Part shown: piece by piece, positions 30,880-45,339 of the stretch
Numbering within the stretch: the stretch's first letter is position 1
How the letters are laid out: every line of letters starts with the position of its first letter
DNA from: an uncultured Clostridiaceae bacterium
GTDB taxonomy: Bacteria; Bacillota; Limnochordia; Darwinibacteriales; Darwinibacteriaceae
Direction of reading: 5' to 3'
Assembly (NCBI GenBank): GCA_964485345.1
Contig: CAZAJB010000003.1
Span: 12,474 to 76,473, forward strand
DNA length: 64,000 nt
Translations under genes and position numbers: made by a program
The notes under the pieces: model-generated
Told to the model about the DNA's origin: nothing
What the model saw: only the letters and a program-made list of their open reading frames with translations
The model's database searches: none

Positions 30880-31989
30880 TTACCGAATGACTTCTTCGGT
30901 GTCCTTATCAAAGAGATGAATCTTACCCATGTTAAGGCCCACCTTGAGTTTGTTGCCGTCCTGTGCCGTAGTGGTAGCATCAAGACGAGCAATAAATGTG
31001 TTATCTCCAGTGGAGAAGTAAACATAGACTTCGGCACCCATGGGCTCCGTTACGTCAACGAGTGCTTCCATAAGGGAGAATCTGGGATCATCACCGATGA
31101 TCTTGGCGTCTTCAATATCCTCGGGGCGAATCCCCAAAATCACATGTTTGCCCGCGTAGTTGCCAATATTCTTGATGGAAGCAGCCTTTTCAGCTGGAAT
31201 TTCCATTTTGAAGGTCTTGGCATCAATGGAGTACACGTCGCCCTCTTTCGTAAGTACTGCATCCAAGAAGTTCATAGCCGGACTACCAATGAAGCCCGCT
31301 ACAAAGACATTATTGGGGTGATTGTAAATCTCAAGTGGTGCACCAACTTGATAGATATGACCATCCTTCATAACTACAATGCGATCACCCATGGTCATGG
31401 CTTCAGTCTGGTCATGCGTTACGTAAATAATGGTTGTTTGAAGACGATTATGCAACTTGCTGAGCTCGGCCCTCATCTGTACCCTTAACTTGGCGTCAAG
31501 GTTGGATAGAGGTTCGTCCATGAGGAATACCTTTGGTTCACGCACAATAGCTCGACCTACAGCTACACGTTGGCGTTGTCCGCCGGAAAGAGCCTTGGGC
31601 TTGCGGTCTAACAGGTTTTCAATACCAAGGAGCTTTGCTGCATCTTTGACCCTCTTGTCGATTTGGTCTTTGGGAAACTTCCGGAGTTTTAACCCAAAAG
31701 CCATGTTGTTGTACACATCCATATGTGGATACAAAGCATAGTTTTGGAAAACCATGGCAATATCTCTATCTTTCGGCGGTACATCGTTTACAACCCGATC
31801 CCCAATGGAAATCTGTCCCGATGTAATCTCCTCAAGACCTGCCACCATTCTAAGTGTGGTGGATTTCCCGCACCCTGATGGTCCAACCAATACGATAAAC
31901 TCTTTGTCCTCAATGTCTAAACTAATATTGTCAACAGCAGTCACATTACCAAACCGTTTGGTAATGTCTTTTAAAAGAACTTGTGCCAC
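30880..31989 (-). CDS. Sugar ABC transporter ATP-binding protein (MalK/UgpC/MsmX family), with no adjacent permease or binding-protein genes
   Basis: Walker A GPSGCGKST, signature LSGGQRQR, Walker B FLMDEPLSNLD, C-terminal regulatory (TOBE-like) domain. 369 aa, GTG start after GAGGAGAGGAG. Confidence 0.9.
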   Translation of the reverse strand: MAQVLLKDITKRFGNVTAVDNISLDIEDKEFIVLVGPSGCGKSTTLRMVAGLEEITSGQISIGDRVVNDVPPKDRDIAMVFQNYALYPHMDVYNNMAFGLKLRKFPKDQIDKRVKDAAKLLGIENLLDRKPKALSGGQRQRVAVGRAIVREPKVFLMDEPLSNLDAKLRVQMRAELSKLHNRLQTTIIYVTHDQTEAMTMGDRIVVMKDGHIYQVGAPLEIYNHPNNVFVAGFIGSPAMNFLDAVLTKEGDVYSIDAKTFKMEIPAEKAASIKNIGNYAGKHVILGIRPEDIEDAKIIGDDPRFSLMEALVDVTEPMGAEVYVYFSTGDNTFIARLDATTTAQDGNKLKVGLNMGKIHLFDKDTEEVIR

Positions 31990-32084
31990 AAAAAATCTCC
32001 TCTCCTCTATTAAGTAGGATATTTTAAATATGTCTGGGAGCCCGCAAATGAGTGTTCACCCAAAACATATTAAATTACAATCTC

Positions 32085-32113
32085 ATAATATCACAGATCA
32101 TGATCAATGGCAA
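32085..32113 (-). promoter_or_regulatory. Putative sigma-A promoter of the ABC ATPase gene
   Basis: Minus strand reads TTGCCA (32113-32108), a 17-nt spacer, then TATTAT (32090-32085). The spacer contains the 10-bp palindrome GATCATGATC. Confidence 0.45.
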
Positions 32114-32181
32114 AATAAACTTGTATAATTTTTCAAGAAAAAACGAAAGGAAATATTCATAGGCAAAAAACATCGCGTCAT

Positions 32182-33000
32182 CTAGCCTAAAGCGAATTCG
32201 GCAATGGCTTGAGCGACTCCATTGTCTTGGTTCGTAGCGACAACATGCTGGGCCAACGCCTGGATCTCTCGAGCAGCATTCGCCACCGCCACACCGACTC
32301 CAGCCATTTCAATCATTGTCAGATCGTTTTGACTGTCTCCTATAGCCATGACTTCGTGGGCTCCGATACCCAAGGATTGTGCCAGCCATAGTAGTGCATT
32401 CCCTTTATGGGCCTGGGCATTGGTGATTTCAATATATCTTGGCCTCGAGCGTACCAGATGCACATTTTCACCCACTAACGGGCGCAACTCTTCGATCCTC
32501 TCCATAGTCTCGGAGGGCTCGCCAATGATCATCAGTTTGGACAATCTCTTATTGCCGTCCTCGATGAATTCCAGCAAGCTTCCGACAGGCGTCACGCCTA
32601 CCCGCACGCGGTCGGCATAATCCTGAGCTTCTTTGTTCAAGGTGGAGACATAAAGTTCGTCATCAAAATAGGCGTTAATGGTCCAGCCCCGCCTTTGTCC
32701 ATGCTCCACAATGACCTGGGATATCTCTGCTGATAAGGGCTGCTCATAAAGGATTTCCCCAGACAAGCGTCTAATCATGGCCCCATTGTAGCAAATGAGA
32801 GGTACCTCTGCTCCTAGACCAAGGGACTTGGCAAAAGGTGCAGTCGCTTGAAACATACGTCCTGTGGCAATCGTAAAGAGTATGCCTGCCTCAATCGCCT
32901 GGCAAATTGCCTCTTTGTTTTTGGTAGTCAACTGAGCATTGCGGTCCAATAAGGTGTCGTCTAAATCCGATGCAATCAACTTGATCATAGTAAACCCCAT
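32182..33000 (-). CDS. Cof-type HAD-IIB family phosphatase
   Basis: Motif I DLDDTLL, motif IV GDSQNDLTM, cap-domain length typical of the Cof/YidA family. The start may be the MIKLIASD Met at 32988. Confidence 0.85.
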   Translation of the reverse strand: MGFTMIKLIASDLDDTLLDRNAQLTTKNKEAICQAIEAGILFTIATGRMFQATAPFAKSLGLGAEVPLICYNGAMIRRLSGEILYEQPLSAEISQVIVEHGQRRGWTINAYFDDELYVSTLNKEAQDYADRVRVGVTPVGSLLEFIEDGNKRLSKLMIIGEPSETMERIEELRPLVGENVHLVRSRPRYIEITNAQAHKGNALLWLAQSLGIGAHEVMAIGDSQNDLTMIEMAGVGVAVANAAREIQALAQHVVATNQDNGVAQAIAEFALG

Positions 33001-33107
33001 TTCTACATAGGAAAAGAGATGGCATCACCATCTCTCGTGCCCTTTTTTCGCCATATCTTCGGTCAATCCTGCCTGGAGACCACCCGCCCGGTTCGCCAGC
33101 TCCTCGT

Positions 33108-34247
33108 CTACACGTCTCTTCTAGACAGAGTGATTGAGCCTGAGGTCGACGAAGCCACCAAGTCCAGTTTATCCGCTTTGCTTGAGTAGTCAAGAGAGTG
33201 GCCTGCCAGCACCGAGCCACCACCCTGTCTGTCTTGGCGAGTTATCTCCAAGGCGTTGACTTCGGCGGAGATGCGCCCAACTATCGTCTGTAAATCGAGG
33301 GCAAGACCTAAGTCCATCTGGGCAGGCAGACTCACTTTTATGGCACCATTCGTCGTACGTAGCCTGTAGCTTGTGACTCCTTGAACAGCAGAAACACGAA
33401 CATTCACTGAACCATTGGTCGTCAATAGATCCACATTGGCCGCGGACATTGAGACGCGATAAGAACCGTTACCTAGGCTATGGCGAACTAGATTCGCCTC
33501 CACCTCGTGCATTTCGCAGGAGCCATTGCCTCCCTCGCCTCTAATCGTGTGGGCTTTGACCGATTGCAGTTTCGTCGATCCGTTGACGTTTTCCACGCGT
33601 ACACTGGTACCCTTGAGGTTTTCAACCAAGAGAGACCCATTTTGCGACTGTAACTCCACTTCGTACATACGGTTTTCTGGAACCATCAGGTGAAGCGAGA
33701 TAGCGAGCTCGCTAAAGACGGGCACGGTCAGATGGAAGTCCTTGCGCTCTGCCCCATCTTCCCAAGCCAACTCAAAGAGCCTGCTTCTTAGGGCGTCCCG
33801 GTCGCCCCCGCGTAGTCTTTGAACCATGGTCAACTGGTAGGTGTCCTCGGACCAACCTACCAGCTTGAGGGAGCCGTTAGGATTATGGATCTTCACCGGA
33901 ATTACCTCACCAGGACCTACCGTTCCCTTGGTTACACTCTTGAATTCATGGCTTTCTTCATATCCAAACAAGGGGAATCGGGCCAGAATTTTCGGTAGTT
34001 TGCTGAGTTTGTCCCCCACATTGTGTTCTAGGGATCGCGAAAACCGTTCCGTGGCCACCTCCACCTTGGCAGCGAAGTCCTCCCCGAGTTTTTCCATACG
34101 AACCCAAGGGTCTTCCTGGGATTCAGATTCAGACTCCGGAGTTTTCGAGCTATCACCAAGGGCTCTAAGCAGGGACTCTGCTTCCTCTGCAGTGATTTTT
34201 CCTTCCTCAAGCATCCGTAGTATCATGCGCTGTTCCTCATACATCAA
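33108..34247 (-). CDS. DUF4097 (YvlB/LiaG-like beta-helical) protein with N-terminal SHOCT-like helix
   Basis: N-terminus ILRMLEEGKITAEEAESLLRAL, an acidic linker, then repeated NGS-x-x-V units (NGSLLVENL, NGSTKLQSV, NGSCEMHEV, NGSYRVSMS, NGSVNVRVS, NGAIKVSLP, SGSITLSR). No signal peptide seen. Confidence 0.7.
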   Translation of the reverse strand: MMYEEQRMILRMLEEGKITAEEAESLLRALGDSSKTPESESESQEDPWVRMEKLGEDFAAKVEVATERFSRSLEHNVGDKLSKLPKILARFPLFGYEESHEFKSVTKGTVGPGEVIPVKIHNPNGSLKLVGWSEDTYQLTMVQRLRGGDRDALRSRLFELAWEDGAERKDFHLTVPVFSELAISLHLMVPENRMYEVELQSQNGSLLVENLKGTSVRVENVNGSTKLQSVKAHTIRGEGGNGSCEMHEVEANLVRHSLGNGSYRVSMSAANVDLLTTNGSVNVRVSAVQGVTSYRLRTTNGAIKVSLPAQMDLGLALDLQTIVGRISAEVNALEITRQDRQGGGSVLAGHSLDYSSKADKLDLVASSTSGSITLSRRDV

Positions 34248-34325
34248 GATAACCTCCTCTTACCCTTTAGTATGGCACCGCAGCGCGAAAAATTCCCTTG
34301 CGTTATGGAACCCGCTTCGGCGGAC

Positions 34326-34355
34326 AAAAAAGCTCCGCCTAGGCACCGGAGCTTT
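34326..34355 (-). terminator. Rho-independent terminator after small OMP gene 3
   Basis: Minus strand reads AAAGCTCCG-GTGCCTAGG-CGGAGCTTT followed by TTTGTCC. Sits 18 nt after the stop at 34373. Confidence 0.65.
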
Positions 34356-34372
34356 GATCAGACATATGGGGC

Positions 34373-34993
34373 TTAGAATCGGAACGTTAGGCCCGCACCA
34401 ACTAGAGTATCGCTGGTCACAGGTGCTACCGATGCCTTATAGTGCTTAATGGTACCCTGCAAGCCCAAACCGTCCATGACCTCGTAGGAAACGGCAGCTC
34501 TGGCACTGACGAAGGAACCAGGTTTATCTGTGCCTTCCTTGTACCGCGGAGCATAACTCACATCGGCCACTACGGTCAACTGTGGCGTTGGCAGAAACTT
34601 AAAACCGAACTTCCCATAGAGCCCCTGGCCAATAAGGTCATCGGCCCCTGCTGCTTTCGTGCTAAGCCTGAGGAAACCCGCTCCTACAAAGACTCCTAAA
34701 TCCGGATCATTGACGGGACGGTAAAGTCCACCTACACTGATCAAGCTGTTACTCAGAGTTTCTTCCGGTCCATCACCAGCCGCAGTTTTCGCAGTTGTAC
34801 TCAGAAAGGAACCATCCGCAAAGACATCGTCAATTACTTCCACCATAGCATGGGCGGCAAACCCACGACTTTTTGAGCTGCCTAAGCCAAAAAGATAGCT
34901 AGCATCACCCTCAAAGGATACCGCACTCGCAACGAAGGTTGTTGAGACAAGAAGTACACACAGCACGACTAGAAAGAAAATTGATTTTTTCAC
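34373..34993 (-). CDS. Predicted small outer-membrane beta-barrel protein (206 aa)
   Basis: GTG start after GGGAGG. Signal peptide MKKSIFFLVVLCVLLVSTTFVASA, amphipathic strands, C-terminal GAGLTFRF ending in Phe. The size fits an 8-10-strand barrel. Confidence 0.65.
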   Translation of the reverse strand: MKKSIFFLVVLCVLLVSTTFVASAVSFEGDASYLFGLGSSKSRGFAAHAMVEVIDDVFADGSFLSTTAKTAAGDGPEETLSNSLISVGGLYRPVNDPDLGVFVGAGFLRLSTKAAGADDLIGQGLYGKFGFKFLPTPQLTVVADVSYAPRYKEGTDKPGSFVSARAAVSYEVMDGLGLQGTIKHYKASVAPVTSDTLVGAGLTFRF

Positions 34994-35125
34994 GATTTCT
35001 GCCTCCCGAAATGGTTTTCTGTTAAGTTCTCGAAGAAGTCAGCAAAACCTTCCTGCTTTGGCGGGTTTTGGACTTTCGATCCCGAAATTAGTCCTGTTTC
35101 AAAGTCATGGAAAAGGAGAATCGAC

Positions 35126-35845
35126 ATGCGTGAACGTTTTTTGCTACATGCTCTACCAATTCTCATCCTGTGCTGCTTACTACTAGTACCCCATGCCGCG
35201 TCAGCTGAGCTTCTTGCCGGCGTGCACCTTGGCTATGGGCGAACCAACTACTCACAGGTCCTTGGCCACAAAAACATCACGAACAGCGAATGGTCCAGCG
35301 GTCTATGGGCCAGCTACGACCAGGAGGATCTACTGTTTACCGGTGTTTATCAGGCAAGTCTAGGCCTACAAGATTTTGCTGCAAGCCGGCATTTGGCCCA
35401 TGTAGGTGTTAGTTACCGTTTTCTCGAAGAAGACTTGCTCACGGTGTATGGCGGTCTTGGTTACCAATTGGTCTCAACTCGTTTAGAGACTCCCCAAGTC
35501 GATGCAGGCCAACTCCACAGCTTTACTGGGCATGGTTTTGCAGGCCAAGTGGTCGTGGATATAGCCATCACCGAGGATTTTCGCACCACAGCCTTGGTCG
35601 CCGCTAATCCTTGGACTAGCTGGTCCCACACCTCCAACAAAGTCACCGACGCAAACATTGATTCTGGCAATGCTTTCATCTACAGGCTTGGACTCAATTA
35701 CGATTTCTCCGAGGACTTTGGAGCCCAGCTCAGCGTCTTGGGCAATACCTATTCGATACCTACATTCTCCCGAAATGATCTGCCATTAGAAGAGACCAGG
35801 AGTTCCTCGGTTAGCGTAAATCTAGGCGTAACCCGCCGCTTCTAA
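35126..35845 (+). CDS. Predicted small outer-membrane beta-barrel protein (239 aa)
   Basis: RBS AAGGAGA. Signal peptide ending LLVPHAASA, aromatic-rich amphipathic strands (GVSYRF, GLGYQL, IYRLGLNYDF), C-terminal VNLGVTRRF ending in Phe. Confidence 0.65.
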   Translation: MRERFLLHALPILILCCLLLVPHAASAELLAGVHLGYGRTNYSQVLGHKNITNSEWSSGLWASYDQEDLLFTGVYQASLGLQDFAASRHLAHVGVSYRFLEEDLLTVYGGLGYQLVSTRLETPQVDAGQLHSFTGHGFAGQVVVDIAITEDFRTTALVAANPWTSWSHTSNKVTDANIDSGNAFIYRLGLNYDFSEDFGAQLSVLGNTYSIPTFSRNDLPLEETRSSSVSVNLGVTRRF

Positions 35846-35867
35846 CGGCCACCAGGTCCGTCATGCC

Positions 35868-35894
35868 AAGACCCCCAATGTCGGGGGTCTTTTC
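35868..35894 (+). terminator. Rho-independent terminator after small OMP gene 4
   Basis: AAGACCCCC-AATGTC-GGGGGTCTT followed by TTCTC. Confidence 0.7.
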
Positions 35895-35898
35895 TCAA

Positions 35899-36777
35899 CT
35901 AGACGCCTCCCAAGGGCAACGTCATCTGTCTAGGACCCTTGTGCTCAAATCTGTGGAGATAATCAAAACAGCTACTGACACTGGGCATGATGTTGTGCCT
36001 GTGGCAGAGGTCTCGAAAAATACCCATCAATTTTTCGTGCTTAGGGCTCACAACCTGGTATAAACCTCCATATCTTGCCATATATTGCTCCTTCATACCA
36101 GGAAAATGCTCGTCCAGCTTCTCGTAGAAGTACTCTCTGTTCCCCTCTCGGAGAGTCATCCCCATGTTAAAACAGATAATCCCCTTCACCTTGGCATCTA
36201 TACAATAGTCCATAATACCTTTCAAGTTTTCTTCTGTATCATTGATCAGGGGAAGAGTTGGATCGAGCCATACAATCGTGGGAATTCCGTGATCCCTGAG
36301 CACCTTCAGCACCTCATAACGCTCACTTGTGGTGCTCACATGGGGCTCCAGGATCTTGCACAAACCCTCATCATAGGTGGTGAGCGTGAGCTGTACCACG
36401 CATTTCGCCTGCTCATTGATGGCCAGCAGTACGTCGAGGTCCCGTAGAATGCGTGCGGATTTTGTTTGGATAGCCAAGCCGAATCCATGATCCCGTATGA
36501 GCTTTAGACAGCTTCTAGTCAGCTGCAGATCTTCTTCCAGATGAATGTAGGGATCGCCCATGGCACCGGTGCCAATCATGCACTTCTTGCGCTTTCTCCT
36601 GAGGGCCTCTTCTAAGAGCTGTGGGGCATTGATCTTGACTTCCACATCCTCAAACGCATGGTTCATCTGATAGCAGGTACTGCGGGAGTCGCAGTAAATG
36701 CAGCCGTGGGTACAACCACGGTAAATGTTCATACCATTTTGTGCTGAAAGAATGCCCTTAGCGAGTACTCTATGCAT
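35899..36777 (-). CDS. Radical SAM protein of the SplB / DNA-repair-photolyase-like (COG1533-type) family
   Basis: CxxxCxxC cluster motif GCTHGCIYCDS near the N-terminus, ~290 aa, TIM-barrel-like pattern, no SPASM extension. Lies 49 nt downstream of uvrC. Confidence 0.7.
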   Translation of the reverse strand: MHRVLAKGILSAQNGMNIYRGCTHGCIYCDSRSTCYQMNHAFEDVEVKINAPQLLEEALRRKRKKCMIGTGAMGDPYIHLEEDLQLTRSCLKLIRDHGFGLAIQTKSARILRDLDVLLAINEQAKCVVQLTLTTYDEGLCKILEPHVSTTSERYEVLKVLRDHGIPTIVWLDPTLPLINDTEENLKGIMDYCIDAKVKGIICFNMGMTLREGNREYFYEKLDEHFPGMKEQYMARYGGLYQVVSPKHEKLMGIFRDLCHRHNIMPSVSSCFDYLHRFEHKGPRQMTLPLGGV

Positions 36778-36825
36778 GAGTCTTGTTCCTTTCCTTTCAC
36801 TACCCTGAAAAGAGCTCGTTTACCG

Positions 36826-38664
36826 CTAGCTCTTTTGCATGTACTGGTAGATTTCAGCGGCCAGCTTGGAGCTGATACCGGAAACCTCTGCCAGTTCTTC
36901 AGGAGTGGCAGAACGGATTTTCTTGATACTGCCAAAGTGCTTGATCAAATCCTTCTTCCGTTTTGGTCCAACGCCTGGGATATCATCTAAGATAGAACCC
37001 CGAGTCGCCTTTCCCCGCAAATTCCGGTGGTATGTCAGGGCAAAGCGGTGGGCTTCATCCCTGATCCGGCGTAGTAAGAGTAGACCAGGAGAGTCAGCGG
37101 ACCAGATCACCGGTTGAGACTGTCCTTCCAGGTAGATCTCTTCCCTTTTCTCGGCTAGAGACAAGAAGGGCATGATCAGGCCAAGTTCATCCCGTACCCC
37201 AAGGGCTACTCCGAGTTGTCCCTTTCCTCCGTCAATCAAGACCAAATCGGGAAAGACAGAGAATTTGTGCTCCCCAGGTTCTGCGGCCTGTTCGTCGAGT
37301 CCCCGCTTAAATCTACGGGACACCGCCTCCGCCATGGCAGCATAATCATCGGGCGATCCCTCAACACCCCGAATGCGAAAGCGACGATAATCTGTGCTCT
37401 TAAAGTCTCCGTCTTCCCAGACCACTAAGGACGCCACAACATTTGTGCCTTGCAGATTCGAGATATCAAAGGCCTCAATACGCCCTGGGGGCTCAGCGAG
37501 GTCCGCCAGTTCCTGCAAATCCTGCAAAGCTCGTTCCAGGGCCCTTTGTTTAAAGGTATTGCGGCTCCGGGTCTCGTCCAAGACGACCTGGGCATTCCTG
37601 ATCACCAGGTCCAAGAGCTGCTTCTTGGCTCCCCGTTGAGGAGTGCGTAGATAAACCCTTTGGCCCCTGAGGCTTTCCAACCAAGTCTCCATGACCTCTG
37701 GTTCCCCGAGGGGTACTGGCGTTAGAACCTCCCTAGGAATGTAGGAAGCCTCTTCATAATACTGCTGCAGGAAAGCCCGCAAGATTTCCGGACCTTCCTC
37801 GTCAGCCGAACACTCCAGCAAGAAGTGATCCCTCCCTACAAGCTTGCCTCCCCGCACAAAAAACACTTGCACGCAGGCTAGTTCACCATGGCGGGCATAC
37901 CCCACATAATCCTGTTCCTTCGCCTTGTCAACTACAATCTTCTGTCTTTCCAGGAGGGTTTCCAAACCCCGAATTTGATTACGGAAACGGGCCGCCTTCT
38001 CATATTCCAACTGGGCTGATGCCTCTTGCATCTTGCTTGTCAAATCAGGAATCAAGCGGTCGAGGCGCCCTTCTAGAAACAACAGCACCTCTTCGATCAT
38101 CTCTCCATACTTTTCCTTATTGATTAAACCTGCACAGGGGGCTAGACAGCGTCCGATATGGTAGTTCAGACAAGGGCGATCCTGGCCCCCCTCTTCAATT
38201 GTTTTGCTACAACTGCGAACAGGAAAAAGAGTCCGGAGAAAAGAGAGGGTCTTCTTTACGGCCGTGACATCGGTGTAGGGCCCAAAGTAACGGGCACCAT
38301 CCTTAAGCCGTTTGCGGACCATCAGAACTCGCGGAAAGGTCTCCTGGACTGTCACCTTAATATAAGGATAGGTCTTGTCGTCCTTCAAACGCACGTTATA
38401 ACGGGGGTTATGTTTCTTAATCAGATTATTTTCCAGAATGAGTGCTTCCATCTCTGAATCCGTTACAATGTACTCTAGGTCTGTGATGTTCTCCACGAGC
38501 ACCTGCACCTTGAGAGCATGATGAGCAGATTTCTGGAAATAGGAACGCACCCGGTTACGCAAGTTGATGGCCTTGCCCACATAAATTACCTCTCCAGCCT
38601 CATTGAGCATGAGGTAGACTCCTGGCGTAGTCGGCAAGGTGGCTAACTTATGCTGTAGATTCAT
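36826..38664 (-). CDS. uvrC: Excinuclease ABC subunit C
   Basis: GIY-YIG N-domain (PGVYLMLNEAGEVIYVGKA), UVR domain, C-terminal (HhH)2. 612 aa. Confidence 0.96.
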   Translation of the reverse strand: MNLQHKLATLPTTPGVYLMLNEAGEVIYVGKAINLRNRVRSYFQKSAHHALKVQVLVENITDLEYIVTDSEMEALILENNLIKKHNPRYNVRLKDDKTYPYIKVTVQETFPRVLMVRKRLKDGARYFGPYTDVTAVKKTLSFLRTLFPVRSCSKTIEEGGQDRPCLNYHIGRCLAPCAGLINKEKYGEMIEEVLLFLEGRLDRLIPDLTSKMQEASAQLEYEKAARFRNQIRGLETLLERQKIVVDKAKEQDYVGYARHGELACVQVFFVRGGKLVGRDHFLLECSADEEGPEILRAFLQQYYEEASYIPREVLTPVPLGEPEVMETWLESLRGQRVYLRTPQRGAKKQLLDLVIRNAQVVLDETRSRNTFKQRALERALQDLQELADLAEPPGRIEAFDISNLQGTNVVASLVVWEDGDFKSTDYRRFRIRGVEGSPDDYAAMAEAVSRRFKRGLDEQAAEPGEHKFSVFPDLVLIDGGKGQLGVALGVRDELGLIMPFLSLAEKREEIYLEGQSQPVIWSADSPGLLLLRRIRDEAHRFALTYHRNLRGKATRGSILDDIPGVGPKRKKDLIKHFGSIKKIRSATPEELAEVSGISSKLAAEIYQYMQKS

Positions 38665-38673
38665 CCACCCACC

Positions 38674-43508
<4,835 letters not shown>

Positions 43509-43601
43509 GTCGTATCTCTATCTCCTTTTTTTCCATTATAGGTAGGTTATTTTCATCGCTTAGCCAACTATACTACGATAAGCGTTGGGAGGTCATAAAG
43601 T

Positions 43602-44084
43602 ATGAGTCTGATTATGATGGTAGAGATTCCTCGAGGGAGTCGCAACAAATATGAGTACAATGAGGAAGAGCAACGGTTCTATCTAGACCGTATGCTGTTC
43701 TCCTCAGTCCATTACCCATCGGATTATGGTTTTATCCCTGAGACACTGGCAGAAGATGGGGACGCTCTAGACGCTCTCGTCCTAGTTGGTGAAGCTACCT
43801 TCCCGGGCTGCTTCATTCGCGTCGAGCCTGTTGCCGCCTTTGAAATGTGGGATGAAAAGGGCCCTGATCAAAAAATCCTTTGTGTACCCGTGAGTGATCC
43901 CCAATGGAACTGGGTGCAGCGACTCGGCGATGTTCCGCCACACTTGCTCCGAGAAATCACCCACTTTTTCCAGGTCTACAAGGATCTAGAGAAAAAGAAG
44001 ACCAAAGTAGGTGACTGGCTCGATCGAGAAGAAGCTCAGCGCTTTGTAGCAGAAGCCCAGGCCCGGTACATTCACGGACAATAG
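43602..44084 (+). CDS. ppa: Family I inorganic pyrophosphatase
   Basis: 160 aa, EIPRGSRNKYEY and DGDALDALVL motifs. Confidence 0.93.
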   Translation: MSLIMMVEIPRGSRNKYEYNEEEQRFYLDRMLFSSVHYPSDYGFIPETLAEDGDALDALVLVGEATFPGCFIRVEPVAAFEMWDEKGPDQKILCVPVSDPQWNWVQRLGDVPPHLLREITHFFQVYKDLEKKKTKVGDWLDREEAQRFVAEAQARYIHGQ

Positions 44085-45335
44085 TCATTCCCCCACTAGT
44101 ACTCTGGAGATGGGCACAAACTGTACGTCTGAATCCAGGAATTCTGGAATCATCTGCCACAGAGCATCAGCGGTCGCAGGACGGACATGTCCTATCACAA
44201 CGGCGTGTCCTTGCCTCTGGGCTAGTTCCAGGCCAGCGCGCAGCTGACCTTTTATTTTGTCCACATCGCTCTCATTGTCGATGAAAAAATTGCTCACCCC
44301 AATAGATACCCCCAGCTCAAGAGCGACCTCCCGGACCACACTGGCTGTGGTGGTGCGGCTGTCCACAAAAAATAGTCCTAACTCCTTTACCACCTTTAAG
44401 ACGTGGGCCATGATCTCAGGATCCGCCGTAACGAGGGACCCCATGTGATTATTCAAGCCCACCACTACCGGGAGCGAAGCCAGGTTCTCCTTCAGCCGAG
44501 CCTCCACTTCTTCGCCATCCATACCGAGCGTAACTCCCCCTGGTCCTAGATCCAGAGTCGAACTTAGGGCTTCCATAGGTTGGTGCAAAATTACCTCGTG
44601 ACCAGCCCTAACTAGCCTTTCACTAGCTTCTTGGGATAGTTCCAGATGGGGCAAGACCGCCATGGTTAGCGGCAGGGGATAAGCGATCAACGGCTCTACT
44701 GCGGGGGTAGAATAGCCCCAATCGTCGATAATTACGGCCAAGACCGGCGACTGCGGTGTTTTCCGCAAAAAACCCCCTGGATCGAAGCGTTCGCCCAGCA
44801 CGGAGATGAAACCCCCATAGTAATAATCGTAGTTCTGGGGATTAAGAAGCTCAATCTTCCATTCGTAGGCCAATACCTGGGAGTCCATTTCTGACACGCT
44901 ACTCCAAAAGCCAAGCGTATAGCCATGTTCGCTAGACTCGAGCTGGATCTTCCATCCCTCTGCCAGAAAGAGTTCAGCAAGCTGTAAAACCGCCCTTGAA
45001 AGACGTAGTTCATGACGCTCCGGAACCAGAACCAAGGTTTCTTGCCCCTGCACCCAGGCTAAGTCTTGGCTGGCTGCCCCTACCTGCACATGATAATCTT
45101 GATGGCGTCTAAGGATGATATAGCCGCTGTCTTGCCAAAAATCCGCCAGACTGTCCAAATCTGGAGCCTTTGGTCGAGCGATTTCGAGCTCGACCCGGTG
45201 CTCAGCCCCTAAGTCAAAGGGCAGCTCTGGTCCCCCTAGAAGACCTAAGACAGCAAACCCTAAGGAGCTCAAAGCCAACAAGACCATGAGCACACCTATG
45301 GTTGATTTTTTCTCCTCCAATCGAAACTGTGTCAA
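44085..45335 (-). CDS. Divergent polysaccharide deacetylase family protein (YibQ-like) with N-terminal membrane anchor
   Basis: Transmembrane helix near the N-terminus. C-terminal domain AVIIDDWGYS...HQPME...NNHMGS...FVDSRTT matches the YibQ/DUF610 pattern. Confidence 0.75.
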   Translation of the reverse strand: MTQFRLEEKKSTIGVLMVLLALSSLGFAVLGLLGGPELPFDLGAEHRVELEIARPKAPDLDSLADFWQDSGYIILRRHQDYHVQVGAASQDLAWVQGQETLVLVPERHELRLSRAVLQLAELFLAEGWKIQLESSEHGYTLGFWSSVSEMDSQVLAYEWKIELLNPQNYDYYYGGFISVLGERFDPGGFLRKTPQSPVLAVIIDDWGYSTPAVEPLIAYPLPLTMAVLPHLELSQEASERLVRAGHEVILHQPMEALSSTLDLGPGGVTLGMDGEEVEARLKENLASLPVVVGLNNHMGSLVTADPEIMAHVLKVVKELGLFFVDSRTTTASVVREVALELGVSIGVSNFFIDNESDVDKIKGQLRAGLELAQRQGHAVVIGHVRPATADALWQMIPEFLDSDVQFVPISRVLVGE

Positions 45336-45339
45336 AGTC

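Noticed and set aside
35004-35088. 9-nt direct repeat TCCCGAAAT (35004-35012 and 35080-35088) in the divergent region between the two small OMP genes
   Set aside because: Too short to exclude chance, and no dyad symmetry or third copy was seen. It is only worth revisiting if a regulator motif search recovers it.
44079-44090. Convergent ppa and yibQ-like genes with abutting stop codons and no terminator hairpin between them
   Set aside because: This implies overlapping 3' transcript ends, but such arrangements are common in compact genomes and nothing else marks the site.
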